The notes beneath the pieces are model-generated. The model was given only the letters and a program-made list of their open reading frames with translations. It did not search any database and was not told where the DNA came from. Below, piece by piece: positions 46,912-57,526 of a DNA stretch of 64,000 nucleotides; within the stretch, counting starts at the first letter, position 1; each line of letters starts with the position of its first letter. This DNA comes from a virus: IMG/VR virus record IMGVR_UViG_3300009550_000009; one strand, written 5' to 3'. The position numbers were made by a program, and so were the translations under genes.

Positions 46912-47135
46912 ATGTAATTCTAGAACGTTTCCCATACCGATACATTGAAATGGATGACTTACTTCCAAACGGTTTTAAAGATTATCGTATCCAAAAGTTT
47001 AATGAATCAACTCAAAGATGGAGAGACATGTATCTTTGCGATAATTTTATGCAAATAGATACAGCGATGGAGGATTTTGAATATACTAAATGGTTAGATC
47101 CAGAAGATGTCCCCTGCTATACCAATACTAAATAA
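46908..47135 (+). CDS. Conserved cyanophage hypothetical protein
   Basis: ERFPYRY, DYRIQK, DMYLCDN.MQ...AMEDFEYTKWLDP..VPCY. Confidence 0.7.
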   Translation: MNVILERFPYRYIEMDDLLPNGFKDYRIQKFNESTQRWRDMYLCDNFMQIDTAMEDFEYTKWLDPEDVPCYTNTK

Positions 47136-47152
47136 AGAAAATTAATAAAACC

Positions 47153-47359
47153 ATGGCAGCAAAAGGAAAAGCAGCAAAGTCTGCAACAGGTGCTTCTATG
47201 TCAAAATATGATGTAGAGGTAGAGGCAAGACTCAAAGCATTGGAAGAAGCAGTCGCTGAATTGAAATCACATACACATGATAGTGATGTCAGTAGCGATC
47301 ATGATACACTTGTAAGTATGATTGAAACACTTCACGATGCCTTCCCCGGAAGATTCTAA
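47153..47359 (+). CDS. Small coiled-coil hypothetical protein
   Basis: SA.GASMSKYDVEVE.RL.ALE; CTAAATA upstream. Confidence 0.65.
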   Translation: MAAKGKAAKSATGASMSKYDVEVEARLKALEEAVAELKSHTHDSDVSSDHDTLVSMIETLHDAFPGRF

Positions 47360-47361
47360 GA

Positions 47362-47390
47362 TTGACATTTAATTCTTAATTTCTTATAAT
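47362..47390 (+). promoter_or_regulatory. Consensus sigma70 promoter of the glycan cluster
   Basis: TTGACA-N17-TATAAT. Confidence 0.85.
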
Positions 47391-47410
47391 AATTATAATA
47401 CGATAATCGC

Positions 47411-48544
47411 ATGAGTAAATTTAAAAAAACTGCACTTGTTCTCGGTGCTGGTGGCTTTATTGGAAGTCACATGGTTAAGCGACTTAAATCCGAAGGATAC
47501 TGGGTGCGTGGAGTTGATTTAAAATATCCTGAATTTTCAGACAGTGAAGCACATGAATTTATTCAAGGTGATTTACGTGATGTTCATTTTGTAAAACGTG
47601 TCCTTGAATTTAAAGGTTATCAAGGTAATTTTTATAATTCAGTTCCTTATCAACACATTGAACCATTTGATGAGATATATCAATTTGCTGCTGATATGGG
47701 TGGTGCAGGGTTTGTATTCACAGGAGAGAATGATGCAGACATCATGCACAACTCAGTATCAATTAATTTAAATGTTTTAGAAGAACAAAGAAAGTTGAAT
47801 GAAACATTCAATGGTGAAAAGAAAGATTGGACAGAAGCAAATAGATCTAAGTTACTCTGGAAAACAAAGATATTTTATTCTGGGTCTGCATGTATGTATC
47901 CAGAACACAATCAACTAGACCCTAATAACCCAGACTGTCGTGAAGAATCCGCTTACCCTGCTAACCCTGATTCCGAATACGGATGGGAAAAACTCTTTTC
48001 TGAGAGGTTATATCTCTCTTATAATCGTAATCATGGTATCCCTGTTAGGATTGCTCGTTACCATAACATCTTCGGGCCAGAAGGAACATGGAAAGGAGGA
48101 AGAGAAAAGGCTCCCGCTGCCATCTGCAGAAAGGTTGCCTACGCTACCAGCGGAGATGAGATTGAAGTATGGGGAGACGGAGAACAAACAAGATCCTTCC
48201 TCTACATCGACGAATGTATTGAAGCAACCCGTAGGCTTATGGATTCCGATTTTCTAGGGCCTGTAAACATAGGGTCTGAGGAGATGGTTACTATTAATCA
48301 ATTGGTAGAGACTGCTGCTAAAGTTGCAAATAAAACAATTAAGAAAAATCATATTGATGGCCCTCTAGGAGTGCGTGGTCGTAATTCTAACAATGATCTT
48401 ATTCGTGAGAAACTTGGGTGGGATTATGAGCAAACTTTAGAGGAAGGTATCAAGAAAACATATGGTTGGATAAGTTGGCAAATATCTAAAGAACTTTATC
48501 AGGAAGCAGATCCAATTTTAAACGAGGCAATGATTGCAGGTTAA
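47411..48544 (+). CDS. GDP-mannose 3',5'-epimerase-like SDR
   Basis: GAGGFIG, AADMGG.GF, SACMYP, YGWEK and R.HNI.GP.GTWKGGREKAPAA.CRK, the last nearly identical to the plant GME motif. Confidence 0.88.
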   Translation: MSKFKKTALVLGAGGFIGSHMVKRLKSEGYWVRGVDLKYPEFSDSEAHEFIQGDLRDVHFVKRVLEFKGYQGNFYNSVPYQHIEPFDEIYQFAADMGGAGFVFTGENDADIMHNSVSINLNVLEEQRKLNETFNGEKKDWTEANRSKLLWKTKIFYSGSACMYPEHNQLDPNNPDCREESAYPANPDSEYGWEKLFSERLYLSYNRNHGIPVRIARYHNIFGPEGTWKGGREKAPAAICRKVAYATSGDEIEVWGDGEQTRSFLYIDECIEATRRLMDSDFLGPVNIGSEEMVTINQLVETAAKVANKTIKKNHIDGPLGVRGRNSNNDLIREKLGWDYEQTLEEGIKKTYGWISWQISKELYQEADPILNEAMIAG

Positions 48545-48546
48545 TT

Positions 48547-49395
48547 ATGAGAGTTAGTATATTGGGCTCCGGTGGACAGATAGGAGCATATCTTGCAGAA
48601 TATTTTCGCAAGAAAAATTATGAAGTCTTAGAGTTTGATATTACAAACGGTCAACATGAAGATATGACTGTGATTCCTAATCCAGAATTGCATCGTAAAA
48701 TAATGTTGTCAGATTTTGTTTTCTTTTTAGCATTTGATGTTGGTGGATCGCATTATCTTAAAAAATATCAACACACATTTCAGTTCATAGATAACAACAC
48801 TAGACTGATGGCAAACACATTTGGGTTATTGCAAAAATATAATAAACCTTTTGTATTTGCATCATCACAAATGAGTAACATGTCATACTCACCTTATGGT
48901 GTGTTAAAAAGAGTTGGCGAACTTTATACCAAGTCTCTTGGTGGATTAATTGTCAAATTTTGGAATGTTTATGGCATTGAAAAGAATATGGAAAAGGCAC
49001 ATGTCATCACAGATTTCATTCGTAAAGGATTTGAAACTGGTGTCATAGATATGATGACAGATGGAACTGAAGCAAGGGAGTTTCTTTATGCAGAAGACTG
49101 TTGCGAAGCGTTGGAAGCTGTCATGGCAAATTATGATAGACTTACTTCTGACGACGAACTTCATATTACTACTGGTAATTGCACAACTATACTGGAAATT
49201 GCACAGAGTATACAAAAATTATTTTCCAACATTGGAAAAGAAGTTGTGATCAGACGATCAGAATCTGTAGATGAAGTGCAGAAAGATGCCCGAAACATAT
49301 CAGATCCTTACATACAAAAATTTTGGAAATCTAAAACCTCTGTTAAAGAGGGTGTTTCAAAAGTCTTTGAGGAGATGAAAAAAAATTATGTCTGA
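48547..49395 (+). CDS. NAD-dependent epimerase/dehydratase
   Basis: GSGGQIG, YGVLK, NVYG, REFLYAED. Confidence 0.85.
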   Translation: MRVSILGSGGQIGAYLAEYFRKKNYEVLEFDITNGQHEDMTVIPNPELHRKIMLSDFVFFLAFDVGGSHYLKKYQHTFQFIDNNTRLMANTFGLLQKYNKPFVFASSQMSNMSYSPYGVLKRVGELYTKSLGGLIVKFWNVYGIEKNMEKAHVITDFIRKGFETGVIDMMTDGTEAREFLYAEDCCEALEAVMANYDRLTSDDELHITTGNCTTILEIAQSIQKLFSNIGKEVVIRRSESVDEVQKDARNISDPYIQKFWKSKTSVKEGVSKVFEEMKKNYV

Positions 49396-50197
49396 TTTAA
49401 AATGGTGGTCTTGGTATATTAAAGAAAAAATTGCTTCTGAAGAAGTTATTAACTTTCTTAGTGATACTAGATTTTGTGATTTAGGAACTAATTCTTTATT
49501 GTTAATTGATCTGGTAAAGGATGTAAAGAATAAAAGATTTTTAGATCTTGGTGTTCGTGACGGTGCATCATCTATCGCTTTATCTGTTAATGCTTCTGAA
49601 AATAATAATCACGTTTATGGATGCGATTTAAATTTTTCAGGATTATCTGTGAACGGAGGAGAAAAATTTTTAAATGACAACTATGTTAGATGTCAAGCAG
49701 ATAGTGTAACATTAGGAAAAAATTGGTGTGTAGATCCTTTTGATATAATTTTTGTAGACACGTTACATACAAGAGAGATTGTTCTCGCAGAACTTTATTT
49801 TTGGTCAAATCATATTAATGAAAATGGATATTTCATTTTTCATGATTCTCACTGGGATCATACTACAAAGGGAGATATGATAGCAGGAAAAGAGTATAGA
49901 AGAGTAGATGAAGCGATTACCGAATTTTTTAATCTCCCTAAAAATGTTATGGAACTAACTGAGTATGATGATCATGACATTTTTCTCTCCCATCATCCGG
50001 GTGATTATGGAATGACTTTTATAAAAATTAAAAATTTAGATGCAATAAAGAGATTTAAGGATGGAATTGATTGGGAAGAAGTATTTGTTCTTCGTAACGA
50101 ATTAAATGATTTACATTTTAACAAGAACAATCCTAAGTTTATAAATTGGAAACAAGATATTCCTAATATTCAAAATGAATTAATTATTACACCATGA
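49388..50197 (+). CDS. Class I SAM-dependent methyltransferase (Methyltransf_24-like)
   Basis: DLGVRDG.S, D.IFVDT.H, G..IFHD. Confidence 0.8.
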   Translation: MSDLKWWSWYIKEKIASEEVINFLSDTRFCDLGTNSLLLIDLVKDVKNKRFLDLGVRDGASSIALSVNASENNNHVYGCDLNFSGLSVNGGEKFLNDNYVRCQADSVTLGKNWCVDPFDIIFVDTLHTREIVLAELYFWSNHINENGYFIFHDSHWDHTTKGDMIAGKEYRRVDEAITEFFNLPKNVMELTEYDDHDIFLSHHPGDYGMTFIKIKNLDAIKRFKDGIDWEEVFVLRNELNDLHFNKNNPKFINWKQDIPNIQNELIITP

Positions 50198-51006
50198 GTT
50201 TTTCTGTTTCCCATTGGTCGGGTCGTTTAGGAAATAATATACAGCAAGTTGCAAACTGCATCATAGCTGCTGAGAAATATAAAACTGATTTCACTCAGAC
50301 ACTTGATCACGATATAATATCCAAATTCACAGTTAATTTTGGATCTGATAATGTATATCAATCAGGCAGATTTTATGCTTGGGAGGCATTGGTTCATTGT
50401 GAGAAAGGAATATATGAAGGTGGTAATGAAATTGGAGTAGGTGTAGAACATGTATATCGTAATATGCGACGTGTATGTAAACGTATCTCACCTAATTTAA
50501 ATTTACCAAAGAAAGATTCTATCGGTGATGATACGATTGTAATGCATCTTCGTAGTGGTGATAATTATCATCGTGTCTTTGATCCACCAACAAATTATAT
50601 TCCAAACCCACTTATCTTTTATCTAAATCTTATTGATTCATTTGAGAAATGTATTCTTATTACAGAACCAGATAGAAACAATCCTATAGTTCATGAACTT
50701 ATGAAGATTGATAAGGTAAAAGTTCAATCTTCTACAGTAGCAGATGACTTTGCAACATTGATGAGTGCAAAGAATGTAGCACTATCTGGTGTGGGAACTT
50801 TCGCAATGGCAGCAGCTCTGTGCTCCACTCAAATAAAGAACCTATATACAACTGACTTGTTATTGACAGAGCATTTGAATTATAGTATGCTGATGAAAAC
50901 AGATGTTGAAGTTCATGTGATGGAATTGGATAACTATCTTCCTGTTTTTCCATGTAGTTGGAAAAATACAGAGGATCAACGTAAATTTATTCTAGATTAT
51001 CGATGA
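50194..51006 (+). CDS. GT11-like (alpha-1,2-fucosyltransferase-like) glycosyltransferase
   Basis: GRLGNN, HLRSGD, DF..L, GTF. Confidence 0.65.
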   Translation: MSFSVSHWSGRLGNNIQQVANCIIAAEKYKTDFTQTLDHDIISKFTVNFGSDNVYQSGRFYAWEALVHCEKGIYEGGNEIGVGVEHVYRNMRRVCKRISPNLNLPKKDSIGDDTIVMHLRSGDNYHRVFDPPTNYIPNPLIFYLNLIDSFEKCILITEPDRNNPIVHELMKIDKVKVQSSTVADDFATLMSAKNVALSGVGTFAMAAALCSTQIKNLYTTDLLLTEHLNYSMLMKTDVEVHVMELDNYLPVFPCSWKNTEDQRKFILDYR

Positions 51007-51995
51007 AGATTTTTGTAACCGGATGTGCCGGATTACTTGGTGCTAATTACACTCGCCACTTGATTAAAAATGGACATCATGTGATTGGTATTGATGACCT
51101 ATCCGGTGGACATAAAGCGTTTATCACGAAGGGTGAGAACTTTGAATTTGTTAAATTAAATTTAGAGAGAAGAAAAAAGGTTGAAGCATTGTTTGAGGAA
51201 CATAAACCTCAAGTATTGCTTCATTTTGCTGCGTATGCTGCTGAAGGATTATCACCATTTATTCGTAATTATAATTATCGTAACAATCTTATTTGTTCTG
51301 CAAATCTTATCAATCCATGTATTACATATAAAACTAAGATGATATTTACATCATCGATGGCAGTATATGGTGCACAGGAACCACCATTTACAGAGGATAA
51401 ACAACCACAACCTATAGATCCATACGGTATGGCAAAGTATGCCGTAGAATGCGATCTAAAGATGGCAGAGAAGCAGTTTGGATTAAGATATAATATTGTC
51501 AGACCACATAATGTTTTAGGAACATATCAAAATATTTGGGATAGATATCGTAATGTAATTGGTATTTTTATTCGCAAGACTCTAAACGGTCAACCCATAC
51601 TTGTTTATGGTGATGGGGAACAAACCCGTGCGTTTTCTGATATTAAATACTATATGAATCCTTTTGATATATTATTAAAAGAATTTGATGGAGAAACATT
51701 TAATATTGGTGCTGATAAATTCTTTACACTCAATCAGGTTGCAAAAACAGTTCAGGATATTGGTAAAAAATATGGGTATGATGTTCCGATAGAACATGGC
51801 CCTCCCAGACATGAAGCAAAACATGCGTATTGTAATCATGACAAGGCAAAAAATTTGCTCAAGTTTAAAGACAATACTAATCTAGAAGAATTAATTGAAA
51901 GTATGTTTGTCTGGGCGATGAAACAACCTAATCGTAAAGTAAAGGATATGGAATATGAAGTAACGGAAGGGATATATGACTACTGGAAAAATTAA
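51003..51995 (+). CDS. NAD-dependent epimerase (UDP-glucose 4-epimerase-like)
   Basis: TGCAGLLG, HFAA, SS.AVYG, YGMAK, GDGEQTR.F. Confidence 0.88.
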   Translation: MKIFVTGCAGLLGANYTRHLIKNGHHVIGIDDLSGGHKAFITKGENFEFVKLNLERRKKVEALFEEHKPQVLLHFAAYAAEGLSPFIRNYNYRNNLICSANLINPCITYKTKMIFTSSMAVYGAQEPPFTEDKQPQPIDPYGMAKYAVECDLKMAEKQFGLRYNIVRPHNVLGTYQNIWDRYRNVIGIFIRKTLNGQPILVYGDGEQTRAFSDIKYYMNPFDILLKEFDGETFNIGADKFFTLNQVAKTVQDIGKKYGYDVPIEHGPPRHEAKHAYCNHDKAKNLLKFKDNTNLEELIESMFVWAMKQPNRKVKDMEYEVTEGIYDYWKN

Positions 51996-52749
51996 TATGG
52001 AAGAGAATAGAGCACCTAATTATTGGCTTCGATATGATAAAAAAGATCATTACAGACTGAGGCATCAGTTTAAAAATTCTGAAAATGTAGAGGTAAACTG
52101 GTCACAATCAATGCAAGACATCTTTGTATTGAGTATGTTGGATGGTAAAAAGAATGGGTATTATGTTGAGATAGGTGCAGATATGCCTAGAATAATAAAC
52201 AACTCATACTTATTGGAAAAAAATTATGATTGGACTGGAGTTTCATTTGAATTGGATAGTGAAAAGGTTGAATACTTTAACACTATTAGAAAAAATAAAT
52301 GTGTATGCACTGATGCAACTACATTTGATTACAAAAAACTTTTTGAAGAAAGAAACTATCCAAAGCAAATTGACTATCTACAATTAGATATTGATCCATC
52401 AGAGGCGACACTTGCTGCTCTAGAAAATTTACCACTAGATGATTATAGATTTTCTGTTATCACATATGAAACTGAAGTTTACCGAGCAGGTATAGATGGA
52501 TATTATGATGAAATATGGCAAAAGAAATCTAGTGCAATTCTAAGTGATTATGGATATGAACTTGTTGTTAAAAATGTAGCAAATCAAGGAAATCCGTATG
52601 AAGATTGGTGGGTTGATCCAAAAGTCATAGATCGTGCTATAATAGAGAAGTTTAAAGACGATAGTGGATTCACTAAAGAATCTATAGAATGTGTTTTAAG
52701 TAATACAAATTTCACCGTAATGCCCATGTATACCCTCACTGAAATATAA
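51976..52749 (+). CDS. FkbM-family (Methyltransf_21-like) methyltransferase
   Basis: SQ..QD, YVEIGA, NS..LE...W.G, IDYLQLDID, EDWWV. Confidence 0.78.
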   Translation: MTTGKINMEENRAPNYWLRYDKKDHYRLRHQFKNSENVEVNWSQSMQDIFVLSMLDGKKNGYYVEIGADMPRIINNSYLLEKNYDWTGVSFELDSEKVEYFNTIRKNKCVCTDATTFDYKKLFEERNYPKQIDYLQLDIDPSEATLAALENLPLDDYRFSVITYETEVYRAGIDGYYDEIWQKKSSAILSDYGYELVVKNVANQGNPYEDWWVDPKVIDRAIIEKFKDDSGFTKESIECVLSNTNFTVMPMYTLTEI

Positions 52750-53612
52750 TGAAAAGAAAAGTATTTGATTCTATTATTTTCTTCAATGAACTAGAATTGT
52801 TAGAGATGCGTCTCAACATTTTAGGTGATGTTGTGGATCATTTTGTCATAACTGAATCTCCATTCACTGTGAGTGGAAATGAAAAACCCCTTTACTATGC
52901 AGAGAATAAAGATAGGTTTGCTAAGTTCAATGATAAAATTATACATCATGTCACAGAAGAGATACCGAATGATTACAATCATCTGTTAGAGAAGACTAAG
53001 TTTCATTGTGCATATAAAGAGAATGATCCTTATGGCACACCAATGATTGATCTCCCAGTCAGATATCAAAGAGCATTATTCAATCGTAATAATAGTGCAT
53101 TTGGTATTGAGAAAGGTAATCCAAAACCAGAAGATATAATCATCACAAGTGATGCTGATGAGATTCTTGATCCACGAGTTCTAGAAAATTTAGATTGGTT
53201 TGATGGTTACAATCATTATGTCGCAACAGGCCCTGCATTTTATTTCAAACTTAATTTTAAATATCAAGATGACTGGATGGGGCCAAGAATATGTAATTGG
53301 TTCAAACTAAAAGACACAACAGTAGATCAACTCAGACAAGATCATAAGAACGCATATCGTATCGAAGATACTGCATGGCACTTTAGTTTCCTTGGTGATG
53401 CAGAAAACTTTAAACTTAAGTTGGCATCATATGAACATACAGAAAATAATAGTGCAAATGTTCTTGCAAATGCAGAGGAAAAGGTGGAGAAGGGATTAGA
53501 CCCACTAGGTAGAGGACAAATGTATAAAGCAGTTGCGATTGATGATACATACCCAGAATACATTGTAAACAATCAAGACAAGTATTCTAATTTAATTAAA
53601 CCATGGAAGTAA
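52749..53612 (+). CDS. GT17-like GlcNAc transferase
   Basis: D...F.NEL.LL..RL, FV..ES..T.SG..KP, SDADEI, WHFSF.G. Confidence 0.85.
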   Translation: MKRKVFDSIIFFNELELLEMRLNILGDVVDHFVITESPFTVSGNEKPLYYAENKDRFAKFNDKIIHHVTEEIPNDYNHLLEKTKFHCAYKENDPYGTPMIDLPVRYQRALFNRNNSAFGIEKGNPKPEDIIITSDADEILDPRVLENLDWFDGYNHYVATGPAFYFKLNFKYQDDWMGPRICNWFKLKDTTVDQLRQDHKNAYRIEDTAWHFSFLGDAENFKLKLASYEHTENNSANVLANAEEKVEKGLDPLGRGQMYKAVAIDDTYPEYIVNNQDKYSNLIKPWK

Positions 53613-54538
53613 TCGAAGGAGTTGCTCTCTCTGAATTATGTGATTATTCATTTGGAGATCAATCAGGACAATGGAGTGGCATCTATACATCTTTTATGAA
53701 GGATGCCAATCTTATTAATACTGAATTTGTAAGTAAAGTTTTTGAAATACAAAAAGAGAGAAATTATATGACTCTCTTCATTGATAACATTCGTTTATAC
53801 AAGAGAGATATTAAAGAGGTAAAACCAGAGGATAAACCATATGTAAATGAGTTGATGGATCGTAATAATCTATTGAAACTATGTGGTAATTTTTCAAACA
53901 TGAAATTTATTATCTTCACTAATCTTGAAGATACTCCGATAGATGAACACATACACACCATGATACCTTCAAATGTATTATGCATATCTGCTGTCAATGC
54001 AATATCGCATGGTAATAGAGTTATTCCTGCACCATACGGTGTTCAAAGAAGGATGATCTCGCAAGATAATCGTATTGGCGATCTTGAAGTTTATATGGAA
54101 TGTGTTCCTGAAAATCCATCAGGTTTACTATATGTAAGTCATAATGAAAATTCTAATCCAGAGAGAGTTGGTATAAAAGATTTATTTCGTGATAAGTCAT
54201 GGGCACAGGTTAATGAAAAAAGAGCACCTTACTCTGTATTCTTATACAATCTTGCTAATTCAAAGTTTATGATATGTCCTAAAGGTAATGCAATTGACTG
54301 TCATCGTAATTGGGAAGTTATCTATATGAGAAGAGTTCCTGTAATGATTAGACATCCATATCTAGAAACATTATTTGAAAATTATCCTGTTCTATTTGTG
54401 GATAAATATAGCGATGTCACTGAAGAGTTATTGCTTGCAAATAATGATTTATTTAAGCGAGCACAAACAATGGATTTGTCAAATTTGACTCTACCAAAAT
54501 TCTTTGATAATATTGTTGATAGGTATGTGAATAGATGA
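53603..54538 (+). CDS. Exostosin/GT47-like protein
   Basis: KF.ICPKGN.IDCHR.WE...VP. Confidence 0.7.
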   Translation: MEVIEGVALSELCDYSFGDQSGQWSGIYTSFMKDANLINTEFVSKVFEIQKERNYMTLFIDNIRLYKRDIKEVKPEDKPYVNELMDRNNLLKLCGNFSNMKFIIFTNLEDTPIDEHIHTMIPSNVLCISAVNAISHGNRVIPAPYGVQRRMISQDNRIGDLEVYMECVPENPSGLLYVSHNENSNPERVGIKDLFRDKSWAQVNEKRAPYSVFLYNLANSKFMICPKGNAIDCHRNWEVIYMRRVPVMIRHPYLETLFENYPVLFVDKYSDVTEELLLANNDLFKRAQTMDLSNLTLPKFFDNIVDRYVNR

Positions 54539-55122
54539 ATACATTCATTGAAAAAGCACTTAATGGGACAATGGATTCTGATCGACACTTGGTGTCGATT
54601 TTTGCAATGGCACTTGCCTCAAGAGGTAAAGTTTTTATTGAACTTGGTGTCAGAGAAGGACATACAACAAAACCATTATATGAGGCAGCAAAACTCACTG
54701 GTGGTCATTTGTGGTCTGTTGATATAAATGATCCTACAAAATTTAAACCTAACAATGGTAATTACACCTTTACTAAACAAGATAGTATCAAGTTCTTAGA
54801 GGAGTGGCCTAGAGATAAAAAGATTGATGTTGCGTATGTGGATGATTGGCATTCATATGAACATGTCAAAAGACAATTAGAATTGTTAGATGAATTGGTT
54901 GGCCCCAGCAGCATTATCCTTTTACATGATTTGATGTATGGTAATACTGAACCTTTTTACCACTCAGATCTAGCACATCATGAGGGTCAATGGGCAAGTG
55001 GTGGGCCATATCGCGCAGTAGCAGAATTAAATCCACAGTTTTGGGAATGGTCAACATTGCCATGGAACAATGGATTGACTATACTGCGTAAAAAGTATAG
55101 CAACAAGTATCATAGGAGTTAG
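54535..55122 (+). CDS. Class I SAM-dependent methyltransferase (Methyltransf_24-like)
   Basis: ELGVREG.T, SVD, DS..FL, D..YVD..H.Y, LHD. Confidence 0.82.
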   Translation: MNTFIEKALNGTMDSDRHLVSIFAMALASRGKVFIELGVREGHTTKPLYEAAKLTGGHLWSVDINDPTKFKPNNGNYTFTKQDSIKFLEEWPRDKKIDVAYVDDWHSYEHVKRQLELLDELVGPSSIILLHDLMYGNTEPFYHSDLAHHEGQWASGGPYRAVAELNPQFWEWSTLPWNNGLTILRKKYSNKYHRS

Positions 55123-55123
55123 T

Positions 55124-56047
55124 ATGTTAGCAACAAGCATTCATGAGCATGCAGGATTGGGAAATCAAATATGGAGATACGTTTGTTGTCGTGTATTTGC
55201 AGAAAATCATGGTTATGATTTTGGTGTCAGTCACCCTGGCTGGAGAGGTAAGTTTTTAAATGTTGATTGGGGTAAAGTTGTCCCTAACTTTGAAGAAGAC
55301 TCTGATTATCATATCAATTCTGGATACTTGTATTATAAAGAAGAATCTATACATCATGCATCAGCACCCGGAGAAATTGGTGATCCAGATCCTAGATTTA
55401 AAGAATTAGAACCTAACACATATATCAATGGCACATTTCAAAAGATGTCATATATTGAAGAGCATCGAGATAAGATAAGAGATTGGTTGACGTATGATAG
55501 TAAATTTAATATTACTGATTATTCTGATGAAAATATATGTGTCATTCAACTAAGAGGTGGTGATTATACAACAGGGCATTCAATGTTACCTCCAGAGTAT
55601 TATCATCAGGCGATGCATCATATGAGACAAAACAACCCAGACGTTGAGTTTGTAATTGTCACAGATGATCCGAAGACTGCAGGAAGAATGATACCTAATA
55701 CACCTATAGTAGGATCGGCAACTGCAGAAGAAAAAGATCCCGATCAAAAGTTTATTAGTTGGTATGAATATACTGGAGGGCCTGTGTATATGGACTATAG
55801 TATACTAAACAACGCAAAGTATGCTATAATATCATCATCAACATTCGCTTTCTGGCCTGTGTGGTTGAATACAAAATTAGAAAACGTGATAGCACCTAAG
55901 TATTGGTTTGATTGGAATCGATCTGATGGGTGGTGGAGACCTAAAGATGGGATTGTAAATGATCCTGCATGGTTGTGGATGGATAAGTTTGGTGGATTGT
56001 ATGAAAGTGAAACTTGTATTAATTTAGCAAAAAAATACTATGCTTAA
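55124..56047 (+). CDS. GT11-family glycosyltransferase
   Basis: GLGNQ, G.FQ, QLRGGDY, VTDDP, SSTFAFW, IAPK.W. Confidence 0.82.
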   Translation: MLATSIHEHAGLGNQIWRYVCCRVFAENHGYDFGVSHPGWRGKFLNVDWGKVVPNFEEDSDYHINSGYLYYKEESIHHASAPGEIGDPDPRFKELEPNTYINGTFQKMSYIEEHRDKIRDWLTYDSKFNITDYSDENICVIQLRGGDYTTGHSMLPPEYYHQAMHHMRQNNPDVEFVIVTDDPKTAGRMIPNTPIVGSATAEEKDPDQKFISWYEYTGGPVYMDYSILNNAKYAIISSSTFAFWPVWLNTKLENVIAPKYWFDWNRSDGWWRPKDGIVNDPAWLWMDKFGGLYESETCINLAKKYYA

Positions 56048-56714
56048 TCTTGATAATGTAACGTTATTTTGCATTTCATCTGACAATACAGATGGTGCGA
56101 TCACGGCTTTGCAATATAGTATGAGGGGTATTAATTATGGTGCTGTTAAACTCATCACACATAAGAAACCCGATAACTTACCACAGGGAATTGAATTCTC
56201 TGAATGCTATGAAATTACTTCAATACACGAATACAATTACTATTGCATCTATAACCTTACCAGACACATTGATACCGACTATTGTTTACTGGTTCAACCT
56301 GATGGATTTGTTATAAATCCTGACAAGTGGGATAATGAATTTTTTGATTATGATTACATAGGTGCACCATGGGAGAAGGTAGATCATTCCTATCTTGATC
56401 CATGGGGTAAACCACATCGTGTGGGTAACGGAGGATTTTCTTTCCGTAGCAAAAAACTATTAGATATACCGAAGAGAGCACATATACAATTCGATGTAAA
56501 CTGGGGAGATTTCTATAAACATTTTGGATATGGTAACACAGCAGAAGATGGAAATATCTGTGTGCACAATCGACATATATATGAACAACTAGGATGTAAG
56601 TTTGCACCGGTTTCTGTTGCTGCTAAGTTCTCTCATGAGAAACAGTTACCAGAGACACAGGGTATTACACCGTTTGGATTTCATTATCATTTACCACCCG
56701 GAACTACATTATGA
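56040..56714 (+). CDS. DUF5672 glycosyltransferase-like protein
   Basis: Q.DGF, YDYIGAPW, VGNGGFS.RS, ED, A..FS.E, FGFH. Confidence 0.8.
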   Translation: MLNLDNVTLFCISSDNTDGAITALQYSMRGINYGAVKLITHKKPDNLPQGIEFSECYEITSIHEYNYYCIYNLTRHIDTDYCLLVQPDGFVINPDKWDNEFFDYDYIGAPWEKVDHSYLDPWGKPHRVGNGGFSFRSKKLLDIPKRAHIQFDVNWGDFYKHFGYGNTAEDGNICVHNRHIYEQLGCKFAPVSVAAKFSHEKQLPETQGITPFGFHYHLPPGTTL

Positions 56715-57526
56715 TAGGTCACAATCACTTAGGAAAGAACGGAAGATTTGGTAATCAGATGTTCCAGTATGCAGCAACCAGAGGTATCGCAGCAAAACGT
56801 GGATACGATTGGTGCATACCAGATGGCCCTAAGACAGATGATGAGTTTGAAGATGAAGAGAATCAACACAAACTTTTTATGGCATTTAAAATGGGTGGTG
56901 TCAAAACGATTAACATGCATCCTGCTCCTTATAAAGAGGAGGGTAGTTTTACTTTTGATCAAGACTTGTTTGACAATTGTGAGGATAATGTAAATCTATA
57001 TGGATACTTTCAATCAGAAAAATATTTTAAACACATAGAAGATGAGATAAGAAAAGACTTTGAGTGGAGAGATGACGTAAAGAAGTTATGTAAGGATATG
57101 ATTGATGGTCTTCATGTTGATCAACTTATATCTCTACATGTTCGTAGAACAGATCATTTAGTCAAACCAACTTACCATAATGTTCTCCCTTTAAGTTATT
57201 ACAAGGAAGCACTTTCTAAGTTACCTTTGACTCATGATAGTTGCACAATACCAGTCCTTATATTTTCTGATGATCCTGATTGGTGTAAAGAACAAAAGTT
57301 GTTCTCATCTGATAGATTTCTTGTATCAGAAAGTGGGGATAATATTACAGACATGTGCTTGATGAGTATGTGTGATTATCACATCATGGCAAACTCTACT
57401 TTCTCATGGTGGGGATCGTGGTTGTCAAACAGTAAACGTATCATTGGCCCTAAACTTTGGTTTGGGCCTGATGGTCAAGATCCTAGAGATGTCTATGTAG
57501 ATAGATGGGAGTATCTTGATGTTTGA
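56711..57526 (+). CDS. GT11-family alpha-1,2-fucosyltransferase-like
   Basis: GRFGNQMFQYA, GYFQSEKYF, HVRRTD, FSDDP.W, NSTFSWWG. Confidence 0.9.
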   Translation: MIGHNHLGKNGRFGNQMFQYAATRGIAAKRGYDWCIPDGPKTDDEFEDEENQHKLFMAFKMGGVKTINMHPAPYKEEGSFTFDQDLFDNCEDNVNLYGYFQSEKYFKHIEDEIRKDFEWRDDVKKLCKDMIDGLHVDQLISLHVRRTDHLVKPTYHNVLPLSYYKEALSKLPLTHDSCTIPVLIFSDDPDWCKEQKLFSSDRFLVSESGDNITDMCLMSMCDYHIMANSTFSWWGSWLSNSKRIIGPKLWFGPDGQDPRDVYVDRWEYLDV